Positions 1 through 8,586 of a DNA stretch of 48,697 bases are shown piece after piece (the stretch's first letter is position 1; every line of letters starts with the position of its first letter). Made by a program: the position numbers and the translations under genes. The notes beneath the pieces were generated by a model, which saw only the letters and a list, made by a program, of their open reading frames with translations, was not told where the DNA came from and did no database searches. Origin of the DNA: an uncultured Thiohalophilus sp. (GTDB taxonomy: Bacteria; Pseudomonadota; Gammaproteobacteria; UBA6429; Thiohalophilaceae); contig CAZQVV010000004.1 in NCBI GenBank assembly GCA_964596835.1, positions 1-48,697 of the forward strand, read 5' to 3'.

Positions 1-41
1 AACGCTCGCTGTAATAATAACTGCACTGTGCCGTATTACTC

Positions 42-69
42 TTGACATGACGTTTTATTATCCAATACT
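42..69 (+). promoter_or_regulatory. Putative sigma70 promoter for the integrase gene (-35 TTGACA 42-47, 16-nt spacer, -10 AATACT 64-69)
   Basis: A perfect -35 hexamer and a 4/6 -10 hexamer lie 32 nt upstream of the ATG at 101. Sequence inspection only. Confidence 0.35.
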
Positions 70-84
70 GTACAAACAACAGTA
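66..84. promoter_or_regulatory. LexA-box-like palindrome TACTGT-N7-ACAGTA overlapping the putative -10
   Basis: The arms are identical to the gammaproteobacterial SOS box TACTGT/ACAGTA, but the spacer is 7 nt rather than the canonical 8 (CTGT-N8-ACAG). Confidence 0.3.
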
Positions 85-100
85 ACAGGGAGACACCAAC

Positions 101-1114
101 ATGGAAAGTGAAAAACATTCTTCTCCATTTTTGTCGGAAATCAGGGATGCGATCCGAGTCAGACACTACAGTATCCGTACAGAACAAGCTTACCTTGACT
201 GGATCAAGCGCTTTATCTGGTTTCATAACAAACGTCACCCGAACACCATGGGCGGACAAGAGGTCGCACAGTTCCTGACCTTTCTGGCTGTAAAGAAAAA
301 TGTGGCGCCGAGCACACAGAACCAGGCATTTAATGCGCTGAATTTTATGTATAAATCCGTATTGGAGAGACCCTTGGATGATATTGCCGGTTTGGTGCGT
401 GCTAAAAAACCCGCGAAACTACCCACGGTATTGACGGTTGATGAAGTAAGAGGCCTGTTAAAGCACCTCAATGGTTTCCATTGGTTAGCGGCATGTCTGT
501 TATATGGGTCCGGGTTACGGCTTATGGAATGCCTTCGTCTCAGGGTGATGGATCTGGACTTTAACCATCGCGCCGTTATTATCATTAACGGTAAAGGTGC
601 AAAAGACCGGGTTGTCACGCTGGCCGATGAGTTGATCGTTCCGATTCAACGTCATCTTGAGTATGTGAAAAATATTTATGAAAAGGATCTATCCGACGGA
701 TATGGCGCCGTCTACCTTCCTTATGCATTGGCGAAGAAGTATCCTAATGCTGCAACGCAGTGGGCCTGGCAATATGTTTTCCCATCTTTACATCGCAGCA
801 ATGACCCTCGTTCCAATGTCATACGGCGACATCATATGAATGAATCTTCGTTACAGCGAGCAATCAAAATCGCTGTACGTAAATCGGGCATAGAAAAGCC
901 GGCAAGTTGCCATACCCTGAGACACTCCTTCGCTACACACCTACTCGAACGAGGAATGGATATTCGCACGGTTCAGGAGCAATTGGGTCATAAGGACGTG
1001 CGCACGACACAAATCTATACGCATGTGCTAAACCGGGGTGGTAATGCGGTGAAAAGTCCGCTCGGCAGCGTGCTGGGGAGCTATGGTCAAACACAAACAG
1101 ATGTCATTCTATGA
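101..1114 (+). CDS. intI: Integron integrase (IntI-type tyrosine recombinase), apparently intact
   Basis: N-terminal SAM-like region ([24 protein letters not shown]). Catalytic motifs [26 protein letters not shown] and TTQIYTHV. It also has the IntI-specific insertion ([24 protein letters not shown]) absent from XerC/D. Confidence 0.85.
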   Translation: MESEKHSSPFLSEIRDAIRVRHYSIRTEQAYLDWIKRFIWFHNKRHPNTMGGQEVAQFLTFLAVKKNVAPSTQNQAFNALNFMYKSVLERPLDDIAGLVRAKKPAKLPTVLTVDEVRGLLKHLNGFHWLAACLLYGSGLRLMECLRLRVMDLDFNHRAVIIINGKGAKDRVVTLADELIVPIQRHLEYVKNIYEKDLSDGYGAVYLPYALAKKYPNAATQWAWQYVFPSLHRSNDPRSNVIRRHHMNESSLQRAIKIAVRKSGIEKPASCHTLRHSFATHLLERGMDIRTVQEQLGHKDVRTTQIYTHVLNRGGNAVKSPLGSVLGSYGQTQTDVIL

Positions 1115-1447
1115 TGAAAGATATCGCAAAAAGGCAGGCAGATAAAAATCGATCTGGCACATGATCTTTTTGTGATCGAAAGGCTGGACGTAGGCGTTAT
1201 TCGTAACGGAAAAAGATAGCCTGTTAATAGAATAAAAACTTTTTCCCCTAAAATATGCCGTTATTGAGATGAGCACTGAATTTTCGATGCAGCCGGCCAC
1301 ATTGACAGTGCCGCATAAGGTGCCCTAGCTCTGTTGCCTTTTTCTTGTTTTTACCGGCACAATACCTGCTATTGACTGCAGATACACCGTGGAAGCAAAA
1401 TTGAATACACGTCGCTATTTTCATCTGCCTGGGGTATTCTCTCGCCC

Positions 1448-2095
1448 ATGAATGACAAGGCAACCATGACCAGGATATCAAAACGCTTTCGAGGCTTTCT
1501 GCCGGTTGTTGTCGATGTGGAAACCGCCGGTTTTGACGCCAACAAGAATGCGCTGTTGGAAGTTGCCGCCATCCCGGTGCTGATGGATGAGCACGATAAA
1601 GTCTATCCCGCCGAAACATTTGCCTGCCACGTGGAACCCTTTCCCGATTCGGTGTTGGATCCCAAAGCACTGGAATTTACCGGCATCGATCCTTTCCATC
1701 CCTTTCGCATGGCGAAAGTGGAGAAGGAAGCGCTTCGGCATATTTTTGATCCTATCAACCGCTACCTGAAGGACACTGGTTGCAGCCGTGCCATCCTGGT
1801 CGGCCATAACCCCTTTTTTGATCTCGGTTTTATCAAAGCTGCGGCCAGCCGTTGCAAATTCAAGAAAACCCCCTTTCATCAGTTCAGCACCTTTGACACC
1901 GCCACCCTCGGTGGGCTGGCCTTTGGCCAGACGGTACTCGCACGCGCCGCGCAGGAAGCAGGGATAAAGTGGAATAGCGAGGAAGCCCATTCCGCAGTTT
2001 ATGACACCGAACGCACGGCCGAACTGTTCTGCCATATCGTCAACCAGTGGGGCGCATTCAGGCTGGCGGCAAATTCTACTATAAAAACCGCGTAG
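1448..2095 (+). CDS. rnt: Ribonuclease T (DEDDh exonuclease)
   Basis: Colinear with E. coli RNase T as remembered: RFRGFLPVVVDVETAGF, HVEPF, VGHNPFFDLGF, HSAVYDTERTAELFC. Confidence 0.93.
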   Translation: MNDKATMTRISKRFRGFLPVVVDVETAGFDANKNALLEVAAIPVLMDEHDKVYPAETFACHVEPFPDSVLDPKALEFTGIDPFHPFRMAKVEKEALRHIFDPINRYLKDTGCSRAILVGHNPFFDLGFIKAAASRCKFKKTPFHQFSTFDTATLGGLAFGQTVLARAAQEAGIKWNSEEAHSAVYDTERTAELFCHIVNQWGAFRLAANSTIKTA

Positions 2096-2112
2096 TAAAG
2101 ACGCGGCTTTTC
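2088..2112 (+). terminator. Weak hairpin (ccgcgt/acgcgg) followed by CTTTTC, overlapping the rnt stop codon
   Basis: 6-bp stem, 7-nt loop, short T run. The sequence is nearly identical to the module at 9901-9936. Confidence 0.4.
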
Positions 2113-2195
2113 ACAAACTTACACGGCGTTCCAAACCAACCAAGCTTTTGATTTTAGCCTAGCCACAGCTTTCAGTTTACCCTTCAGGAACAGTC

Positions 2196-3995
2196 TCAGC
2201 CCGGTGTTCCGTCGCGTTTTTCAGCAATGTATTTAACTTCTTCACATTCGAGAAAGATACGGGTAGTGCAGGCACCGCAAACGGACTTGTCAAGTTTCTG
2301 GTAAATCGCATGGAGTGCGGCAGACTTGCCCTGATAGATATTACGTGGATCTATCTTATCGAAAGCGCGGTTTTCTTCGAGAGAGTCCCACAATCCTTTC
2401 TTGACGTTTATCAGGTAAAGATCACCCCCACGGGCACGCCGTTTTACCGCTTCCTCGGCCAGTACATCGGCTGCGGCCAGGTCAACAAAACTGATCCCCT
2501 GGGCAACAATCGCCAGATGTCTCTGCTCGGGATGCTGCTGTTCAAGTTTTCCAAGTTCCTCCCGCAAATAGGGGACAGAGCCGAAAAATAATGAGCCATC
2601 AATGCGCATAATGTGTAACTGTGGGCATTCAGAAGCATATCCGGTTCCAATCGAAAATTTACGATTATGCAAATTTGGGTCGGGTACGCGCGACAATATT
2701 CGTGGCTGGGAAACGCGCATCAGGTAGAGGATCAACGACAACAGAATACCAATAAGAATAGCGTACTCCAGATCCAGCAGTAGCGTGGACACAAAGGTAA
2801 TGGTGAAAATGCCACGTTCAGAATGATTAGAACTGAGGATATGCCGGATATTTGGAAAATCGATCAGACCCCAGGCCACATAAAACAGGATACCCGCCAT
2901 TGCAGCATCGGGAAGATAGGCTACTAATGGCGCGATGGCGAGTACGATAAAGATTTCCATGGTACCGGCAAGCATTGCGCTCATGGGCGTCTTTGCCCCG
3001 GACTGATAGTTGAGGCTGGTACGGTTGAAAGAGCCGGTGGCAACATAACCGGAGAAGAAGCTACCTGCGATATTAGACAGACCCTGGCCGATAAACTCCT
3101 GGTTGCCATCGATAATCTGACCGCTACGGATACCGATAGCCCGACCAATGGAAACTGCTTCAGTGAGTGCAAACAGCGTCATGGCCAGTGCTGCCGGAAC
3201 CAGCTCACTTATGGTATTGAAATTGAAATCGGGCAAGGAGAAGGGCGGTAGTGTCTGTGGCAAAGCACCGACAGTAGCAATATGGGTAACATCGCTGCCG
3301 AACAGGGCATTGAGTAATAGACTGGTGCAGGTTCCCGTCAGCAAAGCGGCTATTAGTGGTGGAATTTTAGGAACGAAGCGCTTGAAAACAAAGCCGGTAA
3401 TTAGCGTAACCAATGCAATAACGGTAACGTAAATGTTGATGTTGGGTATCTGATGCCAGAAGTGTTCCAGCGTGCCAAAGAGATTTCCGCCACGCGGGAT
3501 GGGGACGCCGAAGAAATTTTTGAGTTGTTTGCTGGCAATCAGTATAGCCGCACCGGTAGTAAACCCGACCACCACAGAATGCGAAATAAAATTGACGATG
3601 GTGCCCATTCGAGCCAATCCAAGAACCAGTTCGATGACCCCTACCATGAACGTCAAAGTAAGCGCGAGACCGACATACTCGGGGGACAACGGTACCGCAA
3701 AGGCACTCAGAGAAGAAAACAGCACGATTGATGCCGCAGTGGTCGGCCCTGACATTAGATGCCATGAAGAGCCAAATAGTGAGGCGACGATGGCTGGAAT
3801 CATACCGGCATACAGGCCATATTGTGGTGGCATACCCGCAATAGAGGCAAAGGCCACGGCCTGCGGAATAACAACAATGGCAACGGTTAAGCCAGACAGC
3901 AGATCACTACGCAACGTTTGCTTTGTGACCATGTGCTTCCAGCGCAGAAATGGCATTAAGCGCATTTGCCACTCAGCATATTGTTTTCTGGACAT
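2196..3995 (-). CDS. SulP-family anion (sulfate/bicarbonate) permease with C-terminal STAS domain
   Basis: Multi-TM N-terminus with SulP signatures (LLSGLTVAIVVIPQAVAFASIAG, GLSNIAGSFFSGYVATGSFNRTSLN). STAS-like tail (LHIMRIDGSLFFGSV...ISFVDLAAADVL). Confidence 0.9.
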   Translation of the reverse strand: MSRKQYAEWQMRLMPFLRWKHMVTKQTLRSDLLSGLTVAIVVIPQAVAFASIAGMPPQYGLYAGMIPAIVASLFGSSWHLMSGPTTAASIVLFSSLSAFAVPLSPEYVGLALTLTFMVGVIELVLGLARMGTIVNFISHSVVVGFTTGAAILIASKQLKNFFGVPIPRGGNLFGTLEHFWHQIPNINIYVTVIALVTLITGFVFKRFVPKIPPLIAALLTGTCTSLLLNALFGSDVTHIATVGALPQTLPPFSLPDFNFNTISELVPAALAMTLFALTEAVSIGRAIGIRSGQIIDGNQEFIGQGLSNIAGSFFSGYVATGSFNRTSLNYQSGAKTPMSAMLAGTMEIFIVLAIAPLVAYLPDAAMAGILFYVAWGLIDFPNIRHILSSNHSERGIFTITFVSTLLLDLEYAILIGILLSLILYLMRVSQPRILSRVPDPNLHNRKFSIGTGYASECPQLHIMRIDGSLFFGSVPYLREELGKLEQQHPEQRHLAIVAQGISFVDLAAADVLAEEAVKRRARGGDLYLINVKKGLWDSLEENRAFDKIDPRNIYQGKSAALHAIYQKLDKSVCGACTTRIFLECEEVKYIAEKRDGTPG

Positions 3996-4630
3996 ATTCT
4001 TGTTCTTTGTAAATGAGTGGTGGGTTGATAAGATAGTTAAAATTTAGATACATTATTATGAATACGATCAGCACCTGCCGTGTTACGGGTGATGCTAAAA
4101 TAATGTTTTAAGCGTCCTGCCCGTGTTAAGTGGTACAGGACATGGCCGGTTATACTGCGTGACTCCATTAGACTATCGCCAGAAGAAGTTTCGCGCGGAC
4201 CGGCAGCGTCATGTAAAGACAATTTTTAATATTACAGGCAGCATCCGCAAACAATGCAGAAGTAACCGCACATGATAATACTGGTGGAATGGCTCATAGC
4301 AACCCAATTCTAGAGCCGGAGGTGTACCCAATGGCGGATAGTATGGCAATTTTCGTGATTTCAGTCAATCTTCTTGATTCTAGCTTGAATGGCCTGCTGG
4401 CCTGACAAATTTGTATTGACGCGTTCAGCACACCTGTAGTGTTCGCAACCAGGCGCAGACAACAATGGTCCTGCTGCTCCTTGTCAAACGCAACAACATT
4501 GCTTCGGAACATCACAGGCGCGCCCCAAAAAATAAGGCTGCCCCAATGTATCTATTCAACATGTTCAAATAAACCACCCCACAGCAAACTGCGGAGTATT
4601 AAGTAGCGTGCTGACAGATTTCCCTACTGG

Positions 4631-4699
4631 GCTTCGCTCTACCTATCCTGCTGTTTTTCGCTTCAAGTCACGGGGGAATTGCACCCTCAGAGATTAAAG
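4631..4699. repeat. Family-C short repeat, copy 1
   Basis: gcttcgctctacctatcctgctgtttttcgcttcaagtcacgggggaattgcaccctcagagattaaag is about 85% identical to 37150-37219 and partly to 38282-38325 and 36276-36315. Confidence 0.7.
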
Positions 4700-4829
4700 T
4701 TTTAAAACCTCTTTAGACATTATTTCCCGACGCTGGGGGTTGGCTAATTTATTCCCCTGCTCATAAATAAACTACTCCGCACATTTTAGTATCTGTTAAA
4801 ATACGCATTTTGCACTGTATCGAGCTGTC

Positions 4830-6179
4830 ATGCGCCGCCATATTCGTCGAATAAAATTTCGCTTTCTACGTCCCAGACCATTGCATATGCAATTGATTTT
4901 CTGGGGCGGGGGCATACTGGTTGGCGTGGTGGCAGCTGTGTTTGCCATGCTGGGTTCAAAGGCTGACGATTTTTTTCGCGCACTGGTGCACTACAATCAA
5001 TATCTACCACTGCTAGTGACTCCGGCCGGTTTTGTCCTCGGGGTTTATTTGACACGAAAATATTTCAGCGGTGCTGAAGGCAGCGGTATTCCGCAGGCAC
5101 TGATTTCACTGGATGCTTCGGGTGAAGGCATAAGCAATCGCCTCTTATCAATGCGTATGGTCGTGGGTAAAGTATTGCTGACGGTGATGGCGCTGTTTTG
5201 TGGTGCTTCCATGGGCCGGGAAGGCCCCACCGTACATCTGGGCGCGGCGATTATGCATTCGCTGGGACGTTATACCCACCTGACCTCCAAACATATAAAA
5301 CGGGGATTAATTCTTACGGGTGGGGGTGCCGGGATTGCCGCCGCCTTCAATACACCCCTGGCTGGCGTGATGTTTGCGATTGAAGAAATGGCGCGCTCAT
5401 TTGACCGCCGTTACAGTGGCATGATTATGATCGGAGTGATTGTTGCCGGGATGGCGGCCGTGGTCGTATATCAGGATAACTATCATTATTACGGACAGTT
5501 ACCGGCCAATATTGATTTCAGTTGGGTTTGGCTGGCGGTTCTCATCTGCGGTGTAGTGGGAGGCGCACTGGGTGGGATGTTCAGTAAAATCCTGGTCGTT
5601 GGATCAAAGAAACTGGGGCCGCTGATGCCGGATCACTGGGCAAAAATAGCCATCGTTTGCGGATTGATTGTGGCAGGACTGGGGCTTCTTAGCAGTGGCA
5701 CGACCTTTGGCACTGGTTATATCGAAGCCAAACAGATCGTGGTCTGTGCCGGGGTTGACAGCTGCACTGCGAATGTTGATTTGCTGTATCCGATCTATAA
5801 AATTTTCGCCACCATCGCCACCTATCTCACCTCATTACCAGGGGGCCTGTTTGCGCCATCGCTGGCCAGTGGCGCCGGGCTGGGGAGTGATCTGGCGATG
5901 CTGTTCCCCGCCCAACTGACCTCAACCATCGTGATACTGGGCATGATCGGTTATTTTACCGGTGTTGTGCAAACTCCGATTACCGCGTTTGTGATTGTAA
6001 TGGAAATGACGGGTAACCAGGATTTGGTCATGGCCATGATGGCAACGGCTTTAATAGCGGCAGGGACTTCGAAATTGATTTGCAGAAAACCGGTCTATGA
6101 AGCACTGGCAGAAAATCTGCTGGTGATGTTCACTGAAGAGGAGCGCCGGGAAAAGGCAAAAAAAGAACAGAAAAGCTAA
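4830..6179 (+). CDS. ClC-family voltage-gated chloride channel / H+-Cl- antiporter
   Basis: ClC selectivity motifs GSGIPQ, GREGP and GGLFAPS, with about 10-12 hydrophobic helices. Confidence 0.88.
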   Translation: MRRHIRRIKFRFLRPRPLHMQLIFWGGGILVGVVAAVFAMLGSKADDFFRALVHYNQYLPLLVTPAGFVLGVYLTRKYFSGAEGSGIPQALISLDASGEGISNRLLSMRMVVGKVLLTVMALFCGASMGREGPTVHLGAAIMHSLGRYTHLTSKHIKRGLILTGGGAGIAAAFNTPLAGVMFAIEEMARSFDRRYSGMIMIGVIVAGMAAVVVYQDNYHYYGQLPANIDFSWVWLAVLICGVVGGALGGMFSKILVVGSKKLGPLMPDHWAKIAIVCGLIVAGLGLLSSGTTFGTGYIEAKQIVVCAGVDSCTANVDLLYPIYKIFATIATYLTSLPGGLFAPSLASGAGLGSDLAMLFPAQLTSTIVILGMIGYFTGVVQTPITAFVIVMEMTGNQDLVMAMMATALIAAGTSKLICRKPVYEALAENLLVMFTEEERREKAKKEQKS

Positions 6180-6362
6180 TGGTTTTTCTATGAAACCACC
6201 CTAGGGTTTCTAGGTTGCAGCGGGTGAATGCCTGCATAGATGAATGGGAAGGTTTCCTGTCCTTTTTTTCCTTTAAGCCTGTGAAGGCATGGCATTTCCA
6301 TTTTCAACGTATTACGATATAAAAAATCATAGTATTTAGTGCACATGAGGAAACACGGGATC

Positions 6363-8114
6363 ATGTCGTCACCTATCCAACCCGGCATCTCCCTGCCCGA
6401 TTACTTCCGGCAATGCCTTACCGACGCCGAAGCACTGGAATGCCTCCCCCCAACCGAGATACAAACGCTCTGCCAGCGGCTTGACTCTAATGTGTTCAAT
6501 CTGGTGGTCATGGGGGAATTCAAGCGGGGCAAGAGCAGTGTCATCAACGCACTCATCGGTGATGATGTACTGCCAGTGGGAGTAGTGCCCCTAACGGCTA
6601 TCGCCACGATCCTCGAATACGGTGAGACACCCACTATCCGGATCCTGTTTCAGGACGGCACTGAGACACAGGCTGATGTGCGGGCATTGTGGGATTTCGC
6701 AACAGAAAAGGGTAATCCCAACAACGAAAAGGGGGTTGGCGAAGTGCATGTCAGCTGGCCCTCGCCCTGGTTGAGGAGCGGCGTGCGGCTGATCGATACA
6801 CCGGGAATCGGATCGGTGCACCAGCACAACAGCGCGGTGACTTACGGCCTGCTACCGCGCGCCGATGCCGTGTTGCTGGTGCTTTCTGTAGATCAGCCCA
6901 TCGGGCAGGTTGAATACGACTTCCTCAAACAGGTTCAGGATTACGCTGGCCGCATATTCTTCCTGCTCAACAAGACGGACCTGCTGACGGTGGCCGATCT
7001 CGCCGAATCACAGACCTTCACCTCGCAGGTCATCGAAGAAGCTATGAGCTGTCCCGCGACACTCTTCCCTTTCTCCGCGCGACTAGCCCTGGCGGGGCGC
7101 AAGAACGATTCGGCGGAACAGTTAGCTCAAAGTGGATTCACTGCCTTCACCGAGGCGTTAAAACTTTTTCTCGCACAAGACAAGGGTAATGCTCTGGTTG
7201 CCTCCCTGGCCAGAGGACTGCTGCGCCTCCTCTCCCAAACGAAGTTCAGCACAGAACTGACTCTCTCTTCACTGGCCATACCGGTGGATGAATTACGCCA
7301 TAAGGTGAAGGCATTCAAAAACAAACGCGATGAAATGACGCAGGAAGAACACGATTTCAGCATCCTGCTGAAGGCGGAGGTCAAGCATCTGGCGGATCAT
7401 GATGTCATGGAGGATGTGGAAAATTTTAAGATCAGATTGACCCAGGAAATCGAGACCCAGGTGATAAGCCACTTCGACAGCGTACGCCATCTCCCCTCGG
7501 GTAAACTGGATGAGTCACTACGGCAATACGCAATAGAGGAAGTACGCACCCGCTGGGATCGTTTCCGCCGGGATGAAGATGAGAAGCTGGAAGCCGCCTT
7601 TAACCGGATTTGCACCCGATTCAGCGGGAAAATCAACGCGACGGTGGATGAACTTTACCGTTTCTCTTCGGATCTCTTTGCCATTCCTTTCGATGCCGTG
7701 GCCGCAGACTCGGACTGGGGCATCCAGTCGAGGTTCTATTACAAGTTCTGGGAGGCGACGGGGAGTATCCGGCTGATGACCACCTCATTCCTTCACGCCT
7801 TACCCAAATTATTAGGCGATCACCTGATTCTAAGGGAAGCCAGGAAATACGCACGGGAGCTAGTCGATACTCAGGCAGGCCGGGTACGCTATGACTTCGC
7901 GCAGCGGCTCGATGAGAGCATGCGAACCTTCGACAAGGGCATGCGCACGCAACTCACAGTGGCGCTGGCGCATATCGAGGGTGCGGTGAAAAAAGGTCTT
8001 GAGCTTGCTGCCGCAAGCAGTGTCGAGGCAGATGATGAAGCAAAGCGTTTGAACACAAGACTGGCATTACTCGCTACGCTGGTCGAACGGATTAAAACCG
8101 GCATTACCCTGTAG
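6363..8114 (+). CDS. Bacterial dynamin-like GTPase (dynamin family protein)
   Basis: G1 GEFKRGKSS, G3 DTPGIGS and G4 LNKTD, followed by a long helical stalk. Start chosen at ATG 6363, 11 nt after GAGGA; the open frame extends to GTG 6339. Confidence 0.8.
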   Translation: MSSPIQPGISLPDYFRQCLTDAEALECLPPTEIQTLCQRLDSNVFNLVVMGEFKRGKSSVINALIGDDVLPVGVVPLTAIATILEYGETPTIRILFQDGTETQADVRALWDFATEKGNPNNEKGVGEVHVSWPSPWLRSGVRLIDTPGIGSVHQHNSAVTYGLLPRADAVLLVLSVDQPIGQVEYDFLKQVQDYAGRIFFLLNKTDLLTVADLAESQTFTSQVIEEAMSCPATLFPFSARLALAGRKNDSAEQLAQSGFTAFTEALKLFLAQDKGNALVASLARGLLRLLSQTKFSTELTLSSLAIPVDELRHKVKAFKNKRDEMTQEEHDFSILLKAEVKHLADHDVMEDVENFKIRLTQEIETQVISHFDSVRHLPSGKLDESLRQYAIEEVRTRWDRFRRDEDEKLEAAFNRICTRFSGKINATVDELYRFSSDLFAIPFDAVAADSDWGIQSRFYYKFWEATGSIRLMTTSFLHALPKLLGDHLILREARKYARELVDTQAGRVRYDFAQRLDESMRTFDKGMRTQLTVALAHIEGAVKKGLELAAASSVEADDEAKRLNTRLALLATLVERIKTGITL

Positions 8115-8222
8115 TTCTCTGTACCGGACTAAATCGCTGTTCCAAATACCCGTATTGCCGTTCGTCCTGAGCGGAGTCGAAGGGCTTCCTTCGACAAGGC
8201 TCTCCTGAGTAAAGCCGAAGGG

Positions 8223-8264
8223 CTTCCTTCGACAAGCTTCCTTCGACAAGCTTCCTTCGACAAG
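8223..8264. repeat. Perfect tandem repeat, 3 x 14 bp (cttccttcgacaag), with a fourth dispersed copy at 8185-8198
   Basis: Direct reading. The unit length is not a multiple of 3. The same unit occurs in reverse orientation as a 2x tandem at 37075-37102. Confidence 0.9.
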
Positions 8265-8293
8265 CTCAGGACGAACGGTCATTCCTAAAGCTG

Positions 8294-8490
8294 AGGTATT
8301 CCCACAAAATAATGTTTAAAATTAAGTAGATAAAAGAAATATCCGCCAATAAACGCGAATATTTTATATTGATGTGCCTGAGGCACAGAATACGCCAATC
8401 AATGCTTTTGCCTTTTATTGGCGTATATTCGCGTTCATTGGCGAACGGATAAGTTTTTGGCTTTTAAGAAAATATTCGTGGGGATACCCC
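8294..8490. mobile_element. Family-B MITE-like element, copy B1 (nested in A1)
   Basis: Imperfect terminal inverted repeats ggtattcccacaaaataat / attttcgtggggatacc. Internal inverted repeats gccaataaacgcgaatat / atattcgcgttcattggc surround the near-palindrome gtgcctgaggcac. A second copy lies in reverse orientation at 12264-12411. Confidence 0.7.
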
Positions 8491-8586
8491 AGTTCCTAAA
8501 GTGAACGGGTACACGGTCATTCCTAAAGTGGGCGGGTATTTGGAACAGCGATTTAGAGCTGACACGCACCGCACAGGTACGACTAT

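Larger units (their letters stand above)
8129..8556. mobile_element. Composite nested MITE-like element (family A shell, copy A1) bounded by perfect 24-bp terminal inverted repeats
   Basis: ctaaatcgctgttccaaatacccg at 8129-8152 is the exact reverse complement of 8533-8556. An internal long hairpin pairs ccgttcgtcctgagc (8157-8171) with gctcaggacgaacgg (8264-8278). A family-B element is nested inside at 8294-8490. Confidence 0.75.

Noticed and set aside
1115-1447. Integron cassettes or attC sites to the right of intI.
   Set aside because: Cassettes lie upstream of and divergent from intI. This 333-bp spacer shows no attC-like imperfect palindrome with R/L boxes that I could see, and it runs straight into housekeeping rnt.
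4700-4829. Fluoride (crcB-motif) riboswitch upstream of the ClC gene.
   Set aside because: I could not find the conserved riboswitch core by eye. The channel also carries the GREGP-type filter expected of a chloride-type ClC rather than the ClC-F subtype.
6339-8114. Dynamin-like gene as an Eleos/LeoABC-type defence system.
   Set aside because: Only one gene is present. No LeoB/LeoC-like partners or other defence genes are adjacent.
8185-8264. Possible CRISPR array, suggested by the repeated cttccttcgacaag units.
   Set aside because: The units are 14 bp and directly tandem with no spacers. No cas genes are present, and the repeats sit inside a MITE hairpin.
8067-8282. ORFs 8067-8282, 36850-37206 and 43656-43856, with peptides such as VRPELVEGS..FDKL..RTNG.
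   Set aside because: They are translations of the family-A repeat elements. The same peptide-like strings recur because the DNA repeat recurs, the frame is not conserved between copies, and the 14-bp tandem units break the frame.
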